From Hyphobacterium sp. (GTDB lineage: Bacteria; Pseudomonadota; Alphaproteobacteria; Caulobacterales; Maricaulaceae), in the NCBI RefSeq assembly GCF_965228115.1, contig NZ_OZ245794.1, forward strand, positions 2,335,926-2,399,925: a stretch of 64,000 nucleotides of DNA. The letters are read 5' to 3'. Shown here one piece after another: positions 18,979 to 28,897 of the stretch; positions within the stretch are counted from its first letter, which is position 1; each line of letters starts with the position of its first letter. A program made the translations under genes and the position numbers. The notes beneath the pieces are model-generated. The model did not search any database. It was not told where the DNA came from and was given only the letters and a program-made list of their open reading frames with translations.

Positions 18979-20812
18979 CGTTTGACGTCTCCAGCGTCAC
19001 AAGCCGCAAGGACAGCTCGTCGCCTTTGACAAGATTGACGCCGTCGACCTGACCCAGCTCACGCAGGGCGAGCCCGTCCATCGCTTCGAGAAAGGCCGCC
19101 TGTTCCGCAGCATCGACCGCAGCAATTCCGCAGTCGGGGTTAAACATCAAATGCGCAGCAGCGCCCGCACCATCGGTAAGCGCGACAGTGGTTCCCAGAT
19201 GAAAGACATTGCTGGGCTCGCGGTAGCCGGCTGTGGCGGCGGGATATATCTCGCATCCGTCGAGCTGTGCCACCAGGCGCGCCATGCGATCAGAGGGCCA
19301 GGCTTCATTCACGCTCGGGATCGCAAATCCGAAAGCCAGCGCATATTGCAGTGCCGCCAACCCCGCCACGGGCAGAAGCCGATCAAGACGGGGCTTAAGG
19401 GCAAACCAGATAAGTGCGGCGATCGTCACCAAGCCAGCGATCCCGGCGGCAATCGGCAGGGTGAGATCATCCGATCCCAGCTCCATCGCGCCATAGAGGG
19501 GGACCGCGGCGATCGCCAGCCCGGCAATCACGGCCAGCCCGATCCATGCAAAATGCAGGGCCTTGGCTTTCCCGCCCTTCAGGATATCCCCGATCTGCAT
19601 CAAACCGGCGGCCGCCAGAAGGGCGATGGCCGGATAAACCGGCAGCACATAATGTGGCAGCTTGGTCTGCACCATTTCGAAAACCACGAAAGTCGGGACA
19701 ATCCAGACGATCAGGTAACGCACTTCCGGCTTTGCCCGCAAAGCCCAGGCGGCCAGAATGGCCAGGCCGATCAGGGCCGAACCCGGCCAGAACATCGCCG
19801 GCGATAGAAGAGAATGATACAGGAAGGGTCCGCCATGGCTGTCATCGGCCTCGCCGACCTTTCCGAACAGCGCATGGCCCACCGATTCCTGCAGGAAGCC
19901 CCAATCCGTTGCTAGATTGATGGCGATCAGCCAGGGCAGGGCCAGGGCGGACAAAGCGATCAGGCCCTTGATCCAGTGGAACTTTGCCAGCACGGACCGT
20001 GTGTCCGCATTGCGGATCAGATCAAAAACGAAGGCGCCTGCGAGGCCACCCATCAGCGCCGGAATGCCACCGGGAAGGAAAGTCACGCCGGCCAGATTAA
20101 GGAGTTCCAGCACGGTCGCGACTGCGATCAGCCCCCAGAAATAGCGGGCATAGTGTTTCAGGATAAAATAGCCGATGATCGTCAGGGCCGAAACCAGGGT
20201 GATGATCGGTCCCTTGATCATGATCGCTGCGCCGCTGGCCGCCCAGAACAGCAAGGGCCAACCGATGAATTTCAGGCGCTCACCGGCTTCTGCCCGCAAC
20301 AGCATCATCATCAGGCCGATTTGCGCGAGCACACCGGTCGCCAGCAACATGGCGTCGGTCTTGGCGGTGCGGGCCTCGACCTGCAGCATGATCGCTGCGG
20401 CCATCATGACCCCCGCAGCCAGCCCGGCCTGCGGTCCGAAAAAACGGGCACCCAGCCAGGCCGTACCGAAGACCGCAATGAGCGCGCCCAGCAAGGACGG
20501 AATTCGAAAGGCCCAGATGCCGGCCTCAGGCCCGCCAAAGGGGGAAGTGGTGATCACCTGCATCCAGTAAATGCCGGCGGGTTTCACATGCCGGGGCGCA
20601 TCCTGAAAGCGGATATCGACATAATCGCCGGTTTCCATCATCTGGGTGGCGGCTTGCGAATAACGCGCTTCATCCCGGTCCATGACCGGCATGGAGGAAA
20701 TGCCGGACCCCAGCGTGATGACGGCCAGCACGGCCAGCGCGATCCAGGCCCGCGGCGTCATACCCCAACGGGTTTCGCCCGCAAACAACCAATCGGTCAG
20801 CTTTTGCATCAC
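18962..20812 (-). CDS. ArnT/PMT-like (GT39/GT83-type) polyprenyl-phosphate-dependent glycosyltransferase
   Basis: 616 aa with more than 10 TM helices. The N-terminal loop MDRDEARYSQAATQMMETGDYVDIRF..KPAGIYW is typical of ArnT-like enzymes. Confidence 0.75.
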   Translation of the reverse strand: MMQKLTDWLFAGETRWGMTPRAWIALAVLAVITLGSGISSMPVMDRDEARYSQAATQMMETGDYVDIRFQDAPRHVKPAGIYWMQVITTSPFGGPEAGIWAFRIPSLLGALIAVFGTAWLGARFFGPQAGLAAGVMMAAAIMLQVEARTAKTDAMLLATGVLAQIGLMMMLLRAEAGERLKFIGWPLLFWAASGAAIMIKGPIITLVSALTIIGYFILKHYARYFWGLIAVATVLELLNLAGVTFLPGGIPALMGGLAGAFVFDLIRNADTRSVLAKFHWIKGLIALSALALPWLIAINLATDWGFLQESVGHALFGKVGEADDSHGGPFLYHSLLSPAMFWPGSALIGLAILAAWALRAKPEVRYLIVWIVPTFVVFEMVQTKLPHYVLPVYPAIALLAAAGLMQIGDILKGGKAKALHFAWIGLAVIAGLAIAAVPLYGAMELGSDDLTLPIAAGIAGLVTIAALIWFALKPRLDRLLPVAGLAALQYALAFGFAIPSVNEAWPSDRMARLVAQLDGCEIYPAATAGYREPSNVFHLGTTVALTDGAGAAAHLMFNPDCGIAAVDAAEQAAFLEAMDGLALRELGQVDGVNLVKGDELSLRLVTLETSNVTLPR

Positions 20813-21573
20813 TCATCACCCTTGGGAGTAAACAGCAAATCCCGTGAAGGAATATGCGTGCGCCGCATCAGCCAGTTCACGCCCATAAGATCAAAAAACC
20901 CGGCCACGCCGCGGCCCAGATTGGTGTATTTCGTTTCGCCCGATATCCGCGCGCGGTTCACCACATCCACATAGATCTGATCGAAGCCCAGATGCCGCGT
21001 CAGCGGCGGCAAATAGCGATGTAGAGAGTCAAAGAAGGGCAGGGCCAGAAACAGATCGCGCGGAAGGGTTTTTAGCCCGCAGGCCGTATCCGGGCACTCA
21101 TCGCGCAACATGGCGCGGCGTATGCCATTGCCAATCTTCGAGGCCCATTTGCGGTTGGCCCCATCGGTGCGGTTGGTGCGGCACCCGCAGACCAGCGCCG
21201 GGGCCTCCAAAGACGTCAGATCAATCTCGGCGGCCATATCCACGACCGAGCGCGGATCATCCTGGCCATCGCCATCCATGGTCGCCACCCACAGCGTATC
21301 CGCAGCCAGAAATCCGGTGCGTAAGGCCGCGCTTTTACCCGCGCGATCAGGATGTTGAATCGCCGTCAGCTGCGGATATTGCGCATCCAGCGCGGCCAGT
21401 TTTTCCCAGGTTTCGTCGGTCGAGCCATCCTCCACCGCGATTATGTGGAAGGCTTCAAACGCTGAGGAAAACACTTCCACCGCCTCGGCGATGACCGAGT
21501 CGATATTGCCCGCTTCATTGTGAACCGGAATCACGATGGAGAGTTTGCCAGACTGCATGTCCGCCCGCTTCAA
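20809..21573 (-). CDS. Family-2 glycosyltransferase (ArnC / polyprenyl-phosphate glycosyltransferase-like)
   Basis: LSIVIPVHNEAGNI and the DGDGQDDP (DxD) motif. A 4-nt overlap couples it to the downstream ArnT-like gene. Confidence 0.8.
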   Translation of the reverse strand: MKRADMQSGKLSIVIPVHNEAGNIDSVIAEAVEVFSSAFEAFHIIAVEDGSTDETWEKLAALDAQYPQLTAIQHPDRAGKSAALRTGFLAADTLWVATMDGDGQDDPRSVVDMAAEIDLTSLEAPALVCGCRTNRTDGANRKWASKIGNGIRRAMLRDECPDTACGLKTLPRDLFLALPFFDSLHRYLPPLTRHLGFDQIYVDVVNRARISGETKYTNLGRGVAGFFDLMGVNWLMRRTHIPSRDLLFTPKGDE

Positions 21574-21634
21574 GACTGCCCGGGTTGGATAGCGTGTTTT
21601 GTGTCGCGGCGATACTGCCGCGTTTCAGCCCGTC

Positions 21635-22633
21635 TCAGCTTGAGGAAGCGTCCTGCACATAGAGCGCTTCAAGCTTTGCCACCACCGGGTTGCGGATGAT
21701 GTCGGGCACGGTGAAATGAATGATGCGGGCGAAGTCCTCGCGCTCGACCATCTTGAGGAGATGTTCAAAGCCGGACTGGCCATCATTGCGCAGTTCGCAA
21801 TGGTTCGGATCGCCGATCAACACCATGCGTGAATTTTCCCCCAGGCGCGACACCGCCATCCGTGTGCGGCGCACATTCATGTTCTGCGCTTCATCTATGA
21901 TGAGGAAGGCATCCGCAAAATTTCGTCCTTGCAAACGGCCCACCGGGGTGACTTCCAGCCGGCGCCGTTGTTGGAGACGGCGGACTTCTTCCGGCCCGAT
22001 AAGATCATTCAGCTCATCTTCTATGCCGGCAAAACCTTCATCATAGACCCGGTCCAGCCGGAGTTCCGGCGTCATGGTCTGGCCTTCTTCGATCACATTG
22101 GGCCGGGCGACAATCATGTGCCGGATTTTCCCGGTATCGAGCAGGCTCAACCCGGCCGCCAGCGCCAGATGGGTTTTGCCGGTACCGGTCGGCCCGGAGG
22201 CGATGATGATGGGTTCAGTCCCTTCGAGCAGGGCTTCGATATAGGCGTGTTGCAACACCGAAAGAGGGCGCACAGGTTTGGGTAAGCCGGGCAGGCGCAA
22301 GACCAGGTCGCGCTTAAGCGCATCGTTGATCACGGCTTTCAGCGAGCTGGCATCCAGACCCTCATGCGTACCTGAAGCTCGCCAGTGATCAACGATTTGT
22401 TCCAACCAGCGCTGCATCACCAGAACGGCGGGTGCATCGCCATGGATTTCTACCCCTTGAGACACGGCCTTCAATGAAAGCTGATAGGGCGAAAGCGCGG
22501 CGTGGGCGGCGTGCACGACATCCCGCGACTGGCGCAGCTGAGACGCCAGTGTTTCAGGTGCGTCCACCTTTACACATCGCGCGTGAGCCGTATCCCGCTT
22601 TATCGCGCTCTGAGCTGAGTCAGGCATCGCCAA
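21635..22633 (-). CDS. phoH: PhoH-family ATPase
   Basis: Walker A GPTGTGKTHLALA, Walker B FLIIDEAQN, and a typical length of about 330 aa. Confidence 0.85.
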   Translation of the reverse strand: MAMPDSAQSAIKRDTAHARCVKVDAPETLASQLRQSRDVVHAAHAALSPYQLSLKAVSQGVEIHGDAPAVLVMQRWLEQIVDHWRASGTHEGLDASSLKAVINDALKRDLVLRLPGLPKPVRPLSVLQHAYIEALLEGTEPIIIASGPTGTGKTHLALAAGLSLLDTGKIRHMIVARPNVIEEGQTMTPELRLDRVYDEGFAGIEDELNDLIGPEEVRRLQQRRRLEVTPVGRLQGRNFADAFLIIDEAQNMNVRRTRMAVSRLGENSRMVLIGDPNHCELRNDGQSGFEHLLKMVEREDFARIIHFTVPDIIRNPVVAKLEALYVQDASSS

Positions 22634-22712
22634 CCCCCATAAACCATATTTCCGTTAGGGGATTATGCCGGGCGGGCATGAAAACGGGGTTAAGCGTGCA
22701 AAGTCGCGGGCT

Positions 22713-23504
22713 CTATGAGGCAGCCGCTATGCATATCTCCAGATCGCTTTGATAGTCGCACAGATTTTCAATCAACAACGACACACTGGCTTGAAGGTTG
22801 GAATAGCGAACACCTAGCTCCCCGACATAGACTTGCAGGTCTCCTCTGAGAGTGGGATGAGACCGGATCAACTGAGCGGTAAGCCGGATATCGTCAGCGG
22901 GTAAGTCAAGCTCGCAATCCCGTCGCAACCCATCGATTTGCCCGGTCGCATCGAGGGTATCACCGCATTGCTCATTGATAGCCGTTTGAATGCGGTATGG
23001 CACGGTTCGGCGAATACTATCACGCAAAGCCGAGCCGCGAACATAACCTGCAATGAAAGCGCGATAATCGAACATGTAATTCGCAACGGCGCGGTTGGCT
23101 AATTCCCGATCCGGAATCAGCCGGAGATTTCCGGTTGCGACCAGTTCGTCATAGGCCGCCCTGAGTTGGGCTCTCCCCACATGTTGGGTGGCATTATAAA
23201 TCGCGACGATGAAGTCTGAATCCTGTTGTGGGTCTTCGGAATCGAACAGATCTATGGCACGCAGTGCGTGATGGTGGACGGCGCCATAATACTCAACCTG
23301 AAAACGCCCGCGAAACGCCTCGCCATGCAGATCGTCCAACAGATCCTCTGCAAAACTTTCGCCCAGCTCGATTTCTCGTTGTTGCTGCGCCCAATTGGTG
23401 ATCTGAAAGCCGATCACCACACCCGCGATGACGATGACGAATTCGAGAGTCACCGCGAACCAGTTTTGTTCGCGGATAGCGGTCGAGAGGCGGGCGAGGA
23501 TCAT
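22713..23504 (-). CDS. Single-pass membrane protein, DUF6090-like, paralogue 3 of 3
   Basis: The N-terminus MILARLSTAIREQNWFAVTLEFVIVIAGVVIGFQITNW is shared with the two upstream genes. The ATG overlaps the upstream stop (ATGA). Confidence 0.6.
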   Translation of the reverse strand: MILARLSTAIREQNWFAVTLEFVIVIAGVVIGFQITNWAQQQREIELGESFAEDLLDDLHGEAFRGRFQVEYYGAVHHHALRAIDLFDSEDPQQDSDFIVAIYNATQHVGRAQLRAAYDELVATGNLRLIPDRELANRAVANYMFDYRAFIAGYVRGSALRDSIRRTVPYRIQTAINEQCGDTLDATGQIDGLRRDCELDLPADDIRLTAQLIRSHPTLRGDLQVYVGELGVRYSNLQASVSLLIENLCDYQSDLEICIAAAS

Positions 23505-24271
23505 TGGTCCGCTCCCCGCGAAGCACGAAGCTGGGCCAGCACAGCTTCGGTCGTGACGACTTGAGACTCGTGGATCGCCAGAGCTGCATACTGGTTAGAG
23601 ACCCAGAAACGCAGTTGGCGGTTCAGGGCCTCGTCCCGCATTAGCGCGATAGACAGCTCCGCGAGAATTTCAGCCTCGGTAGCGGGTGGCTCACAGTCGA
23701 TAAGACGCTGGTAGCGGCCTGCTTCGGACGCATAGCACGTCTCCCAGATATAGGTTTGGATATCCATGGGGATGACGCCGCGAACCGTCTCACGATAGGC
23801 TGGCAACTCATTCAAGATGCGCGCAAAACCTGTATTGCTGTAATAGGCAGAAAGCTCGCCGCGCAATTCCAGATCTCGCAACAGGCGAAGATCGCCTGTT
23901 GCCACCATTTCACGATAGGTCGCATCCACGGGCTCGGCGCCACCCGCCTGGCTGGCGTTGAAGTAGGCGACAATGACGTGCCAATCGCTGGGCGGCATCT
24001 CCTGCCCGCTGGCATAGCGCAAGGCTTCCTCACCCAGAGCCCGCACCGAGGCCCTGAAGTCGCGTGCTTCCAGGAACCGCGTCTCGTTGGTTTCAAGATC
24101 TGCTGCCAGCCGATCGAGATAAAGTTCTGCGCGCGCTGTTTCGGCGCGATTTTCCGCCCATCCCGTGATGGCGAATCCAATCACCACGCCGGAAACAACA
24201 ACGAAAAATTCCAGCACAACGGCGAACCAGTTCTGTTCGCGGATGGCCTTGGAGAGTCGGGCGAGGATCAT
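23501..24271 (-). CDS. Single-pass membrane protein, DUF6090-like, paralogue 2 of 3
   Basis: MILARLSKAIREQNWFAVVLEFFVVVSGVVIGFAITGW. There are 4-nt overlaps on both sides. Confidence 0.6.
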   Translation of the reverse strand: MILARLSKAIREQNWFAVVLEFFVVVSGVVIGFAITGWAENRAETARAELYLDRLAADLETNETRFLEARDFRASVRALGEEALRYASGQEMPPSDWHVIVAYFNASQAGGAEPVDATYREMVATGDLRLLRDLELRGELSAYYSNTGFARILNELPAYRETVRGVIPMDIQTYIWETCYASEAGRYQRLIDCEPPATEAEILAELSIALMRDEALNRQLRFWVSNQYAALAIHESQVVTTEAVLAQLRASRGADQ

Positions 24272-25032
24272 TCGGCGGCCTCGCCGTGATCTATCCCCAG
24301 CGCCGCGTCCACAGCCGCATGAAGTTCGGCCAAGCGCTGATCCGTCGCATGAACCGCCGTTTCAACGTAGAAATAATAACGCGAGGTATTGTCGGCATAC
24401 TGGTTGAGGAAGGCCAGGTCCGAGCGCATGGCGTCGAGATTGCACCGCGCAGAATTGTCAAACATCGGGTTCCAGTTTTCAGGCACGTCCGCCGCCACAT
24501 ACGTGATGGCCTCCGCGGACAGGGCCGGGAGGCTGTGGAATCCACGGGTCATCTGATCGACAAGGTCGGCCGTCCTTTCGAACCGCTGCAGTTGATTTGT
24601 GAGCGCAATCCGCACCGCGGCATCGTCGATCAGGCGGATTGCACCCGTCGCCTCCAACTCATCGAGCATAGGCAGAACCTGTGGTGGCAGGGCAAGAATG
24701 TGAGACCTGACCAGCGCACTGCACTCCTCTCGGGTCAGGGGTCGGTCCGCAGCGTCCGTGTCCAGCAGAAGCGGCGACAGCGCGCGCAAAGTGTCCAGCA
24801 TTTCAATAGGCTGAACCAATTCCCGCCAGTCTTCGCGGACCATTTCAACATCAAGGATTTCATCGTGTAGGCGGGCCATGAGATCAGCGGCTTCCGCGCG
24901 TTCCTGCCGCTCGCCATTCCACGCCGTGATCTGGAAACCAATCACCACACCGGCGATGACGATGAAAAATTCCACGATGACTGCGAACCAGTCCTGTTCG
25001 CGGATAGCGGTGCTGATGCGATTTAAGATCAT
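24268..25032 (-). CDS. Single-pass membrane protein, DUF6090-like, paralogue 1 of 3
   Basis: MILNRISTAIREQDWFAVIVEFFIVIAGVVIGFQITAW. I placed the start at ATG 25032 by alignment with the paralogues; the track start at 25050 adds 6 residues. Confidence 0.6.
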   Translation of the reverse strand: MILNRISTAIREQDWFAVIVEFFIVIAGVVIGFQITAWNGERQERAEAADLMARLHDEILDVEMVREDWRELVQPIEMLDTLRALSPLLLDTDAADRPLTREECSALVRSHILALPPQVLPMLDELEATGAIRLIDDAAVRIALTNQLQRFERTADLVDQMTRGFHSLPALSAEAITYVAADVPENWNPMFDNSARCNLDAMRSDLAFLNQYADNTSRYYFYVETAVHATDQRLAELHAAVDAALGIDHGEAAE

Positions 25033-25150
25033 GTCCCCATAACTCCCCATCTCCGACGCTAGCAGGGCCTGCGCAAAAAAGGAAAGGGGAATAGGGGCAG
25101 GGCTTTACCGGGAAAAGGCGGAGGCGGTTTCCCGCCTCCACCCAATCCGA

Positions 25151-26914
25151 TTAAGCCGCCGCGAGCGCCGCCAGGCGCGCATAGAGCCCATCACCCTGAG
25201 CGGCGAGTTCGTCATGCGTGCCCTGTTCCACAATCCGGCCACGGTCAAAGACGAGGATTCGGTCGGCATTGCGGATCGTCGACAGGCGGTGGGCGATGAC
25301 AATGGTCGTCTTGCCTGCTGTGGCGCTTTCCAGTGCCTGTTGCACATCCCGCTCGGTCTCATTGTCGAGGCTGGAGGTCGCCTCGTCAAAGATCAGGACC
25401 GGGGCATCCGACAGGATTGCCCGGGCAATCGCCACGCGCTGACGTTCTCCGCCGGACAGTTTCACACCGCGCTCGCCGACCAGGGTTTGATAGCCCTGTG
25501 GCAGACGCGTGATGAAGTCATGCGCATTCGCCCGTTTAGCCGCGGCCGCGATCGCCTCTTGTGAGGCATCTGGTTTGGCGTAAGCGATGTTCTCGGCAAT
25601 CGTTCGGTGAAACAGGGCCGGGTCCTGCGGCACCAGCGCCACCGCGCTACGCAAGGAGGCCTGGGTGACCTCGCGGACATCCTGCCCGTCCAGCCGCACG
25701 GCCCCGTCCTGCACATCGTACAGACGTTGCACCAGCTTCACGAAGGTCGATTTGCCAGAACCCGTGGGCCCCACCAGAGCCACCTGCTCGCCCGGGTCTA
25801 TGCGCAGCGAAAAGTCTTCGTAAAGCCGCTTGGCCTGGTTTTCATAGGCAAAGCCGACCCCATCAAACACGATCTCGCCCGCACCGCGGACAAAGTCTGG
25901 CGCATCTTTCGCATCGGAGATCTGGACCGGCTGGGCGTCATACCCGGCAATGTCCTGGATCTCGTCCAGCCCGCGCTGCACGTTCTGCACCTCCTCGCCA
26001 AATCGGCGCATATAGCCGGCCATGGTCAGAAACGCCGTGATGGCGAAGACCACATCGCCCGGCGTGGCCTGACCCGCCATCCACATCTGGATCAGCAAGC
26101 CGGTCAGGCCGGCCTGCAACGCCAGAATGGCGATAATCTGGATCAGCCATGTGTTCACAAAACGAAACCAGGTCTTGCGGGTTTCCCGCCGCCAGTTTTC
26201 CGCCAGATCGGTGAAGCGGCCATCCTCGCGGGATTCTGCGCCAAAGCTTTTCACCGTGGCGATACCGCCAATGGAATCCGCCACGGCGCCGCCCAGCTCG
26301 GAATCGACCGCGTTGGAGCGGATGTTCTGGGGCCGGATGTAGCTGTTGGCGGCCCACACGGTGGCCGCCACAAACAAGGTCGTGACCGACAACGAGAACA
26401 GGCCGACCATCCACCACTGACTCAACATGTAAAAGCCCAGCCCGTACATCACGGCGATGGACGGGATCAGGCCAAACCAGGTGGTCGCCGTAATCGTGTC
26501 ATAGGCCCACATGCCGCGCGTCACTTTGCGAACGACGGAACCGGCAAACGTGTTGGCATGCCAGTCGAGCGAGAAGCGCTGAACCTTGGCAAAGCTCTCC
26601 GCGACCATGTCTTTCATGTTCGAGGAGGAAAACCGGATCTCAAACCGCACCGCGATTTGCCGGAGGATATTGACGGTGATCGCCAGGCCCAGAAACACGG
26701 CATAGGTCGACCAGTGGCCGCCTTCACCCGTATTCAAGGCATCGATCAGCGCGCCCGCAGCAATAGGAACGAACACGTCGGCAATCGTGGCCAACATGGT
26801 AAAACCAACGAGGGCGGCAAAAAACCAGGGACGCCGCCGCCATTGCTTGATCAAAAAGCGGACCACGGAAAGATTGGATAAAACGCGAGGAGCGCGGGGT
26901 GCGGAATGGGTCAT
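25151..26914 (-). CDS. ABC exporter, fused permease/ATPase (MsbA-like type I exporter)
   Basis: Six-TM N-terminal half, Walker A GPTGSGKST, signature LSGGERQRVAIARA, and Walker B LIFDEATS. Confidence 0.9.
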   Translation of the reverse strand: MTHSAPRAPRVLSNLSVVRFLIKQWRRRPWFFAALVGFTMLATIADVFVPIAAGALIDALNTGEGGHWSTYAVFLGLAITVNILRQIAVRFEIRFSSSNMKDMVAESFAKVQRFSLDWHANTFAGSVVRKVTRGMWAYDTITATTWFGLIPSIAVMYGLGFYMLSQWWMVGLFSLSVTTLFVAATVWAANSYIRPQNIRSNAVDSELGGAVADSIGGIATVKSFGAESREDGRFTDLAENWRRETRKTWFRFVNTWLIQIIAILALQAGLTGLLIQMWMAGQATPGDVVFAITAFLTMAGYMRRFGEEVQNVQRGLDEIQDIAGYDAQPVQISDAKDAPDFVRGAGEIVFDGVGFAYENQAKRLYEDFSLRIDPGEQVALVGPTGSGKSTFVKLVQRLYDVQDGAVRLDGQDVREVTQASLRSAVALVPQDPALFHRTIAENIAYAKPDASQEAIAAAAKRANAHDFITRLPQGYQTLVGERGVKLSGGERQRVAIARAILSDAPVLIFDEATSSLDNETERDVQQALESATAGKTTIVIAHRLSTIRNADRILVFDRGRIVEQGTHDELAAQGDGLYARLAALAAA

Positions 26915-27219
26915 CGGACTTACGGGCGCAAAGCCGCCCGCCTCATACAGATTCGAATGTCACAGAAGGGGTGGATCGCGAGGGGTCACCGGTGGTCCGC
27001 ATTGCCTGGCAATGAGGAAATAGGCCGGGAAAAGGCGATCGATCAGCCGCCTTTATAGTCGAATCTTATGCATGGGTCCTGGATGCTCCACTTGTTTTCG
27101 GGAGGCGGCTCTTACATCTCCTATCGGGTGAGGGCCACAGAAAAATGTCCTGCCGGGTCGCCTTGAGGACGAAAGCGCGGCATCAATGTCACACTGCGAG
27201 TGGGGAGAAAGACACAGAA

Positions 27220-28020
27220 ATGGGCGAAGCCAAGGGACGTGTGTTGATTATTGCCGGATCAGATTCCGGCGGCGGAGCCGGCATTCAGGCCGATATCAAA
27301 ACCGTCACCGCGCTGGGCGGTTATGCAGCTACGGCTGTCACCGCGATCACGGTTCAGAACACAAAGGGCGTGACCGGAATTCATCCCATCCCGCTGGACA
27401 TCATCGAAGCGCAGGCGCGCGCCGTGCTGGCGGATATCGGCGCTGACGTCATCAAGACCGGCATGCTGGGCGATGCAGAACTGGCCGGGCTGATCGTGCG
27501 TCTGCTGAACGATTATCCGGATATTCCGCTGGTGCTCGATCCGGTCATGGTGGCAACCTCGGGGGATGTGCTGGTCGATGACACGGCCTTCACGGCGATC
27601 CGCGATCAGCTTGTCCCGCGCGCGGCCCTGGTGACCCCCAACGCGCCCGAAGCCGAAAAGCTGACGGGCCTTCCAAACGCCTCGCTGGAAGATCAGAAAC
27701 GGGCCGGTCGGGCCCTGCTGGAAACCGGTGCAGAGGCCGCTCTGGTCAAGGGCGGGCATCTGGACGGTCAAACCATCCACGACGTGCTGGTGACGGCTGA
27801 CACAATCACCGTGTTTGAAAGCGAACGGCAGGACACGCGTAACACGCATGGCACCGGCTGCACGCTGGCCTCAGGAATTGCCGCCGGGTTGGCAAACGGG
27901 ATCGGTCTGCCGGACGCCGTCGATCGCGCCAGCCGCTATCTGTCTGAAGCGATCCGCACGGCACCGGGTCTGGGTTCCGGCCACGGGCCGGTCAACCACG
28001 CCTGGCGGTCAGGCGGTTAG
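27220..28020 (+). CDS. thiD: Hydroxymethylpyrimidine / phosphomethylpyrimidine kinase ThiD
   Basis: VLIIAGSDSGGGAGIQADIKT and HGTGCTLASGIAAGLA motifs. ATG 27220 has a GGGGAG SD; the track ORF starts further upstream. Confidence 0.93.
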   Translation: MGEAKGRVLIIAGSDSGGGAGIQADIKTVTALGGYAATAVTAITVQNTKGVTGIHPIPLDIIEAQARAVLADIGADVIKTGMLGDAELAGLIVRLLNDYPDIPLVLDPVMVATSGDVLVDDTAFTAIRDQLVPRAALVTPNAPEAEKLTGLPNASLEDQKRAGRALLETGAEAALVKGGHLDGQTIHDVLVTADTITVFESERQDTRNTHGTGCTLASGIAAGLANGIGLPDAVDRASRYLSEAIRTAPGLGSGHGPVNHAWRSGG

Positions 28021-28897
28021 CGTTTTCGCGACAGGGCGATCCCGGCCAGGATGATCACCAGCCCCAGATACGCATTCCACGAAATCACTTCCCCAAAGGC
28101 CAGCCCGGTAAACAGCGCAACAATCGGCACCAGATAATTCACCAGGGCCATGAACCCCGCCCCGGCGCGGGCAATCAGGCCGACATAAATCACCGTGGCC
28201 AGCGCGGTCGGTCCGAGGCTCAGCCAGGCCAGTGCGCTCCATCCGGCAAGCGTCGCCGGTAAGTCGTTCACCGAAAGTTGCCACAGGCCAAAAGGCGCGC
28301 CGAGAATGGACGAACAAATCAGCGCGCCGGACGCCAGTACCAGAGGATGCGTCTGCGGGGTCTTGCGCGTCAGAATGACGTTCAGCGCATAGGAAAAGCG
28401 GCGGCCAGAACGGCAAGCTGGGCCAGAAATGTCGGCCCCCCAAGCCCGGCCAGTGCCGCTGGCCCGATCAACACCACCGCGCCGGCGAAGCCAACAAAAA
28501 ACCCTGCCAGCTTCCAGCCGGTCATTTTCTCTTCAGTGAAGAAATGCGCCAGCGCCACTGTCGTCAGCGGCATGACGGCCAACAGGATACCCGCCAGCGC
28601 CGACGGTATCTGCGTCTGGCCCAACGGAATCAGGAAAAACGGCAGGGCATTGCCGAAAAATCCCAGCAGGACAAAGCTGATCCATCGCCGGTCACTCAAA
28701 GGCGGCAGACGGTAACCGCGTGCATACGCAAAAGCGGTGACAATGACCGCGGCAATCGTCAGCCGGGTGAAGGACAGGGCGGCAGGTGGCAGGCTGTCCA
28801 GCGACCACTCGATGAAAATAAAAGCCGTTCCCCATAGCACGGCAAGTGACAGCAAGATCGCCCAGTCGCGCGTGCCGGGGGTTGAGGGCGGGCTCAT
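28017..28897 (-). pseudogene. EamA/DMT-family transporter interrupted by a single-base frameshift
   Basis: ORFs 28382..28897 and 28017..28271 are the two halves of one roughly 290-aa, 10-TM EamA protein. Reading the downstream frame back past its listed start gives ..SYALNVILTRKTPQTHPLVLASGALICSSILGAPFGLWQLSVNDLP.., which joins onto ..AVLAAAF of the upstream ORF. One extra base in the A4 run at 28394-28397 restores the frame. Confidence 0.8.

Noticed and set aside
27020-27219. A possible second TPP riboswitch upstream of thiD.
   Set aside because: There is no GGGGUG...CUGAGA...ACCUGAUC..GGGA core on the + strand. Only a 9-nt repeat AATGTCACA (26956 and 27185) is present, which is too short to interpret.
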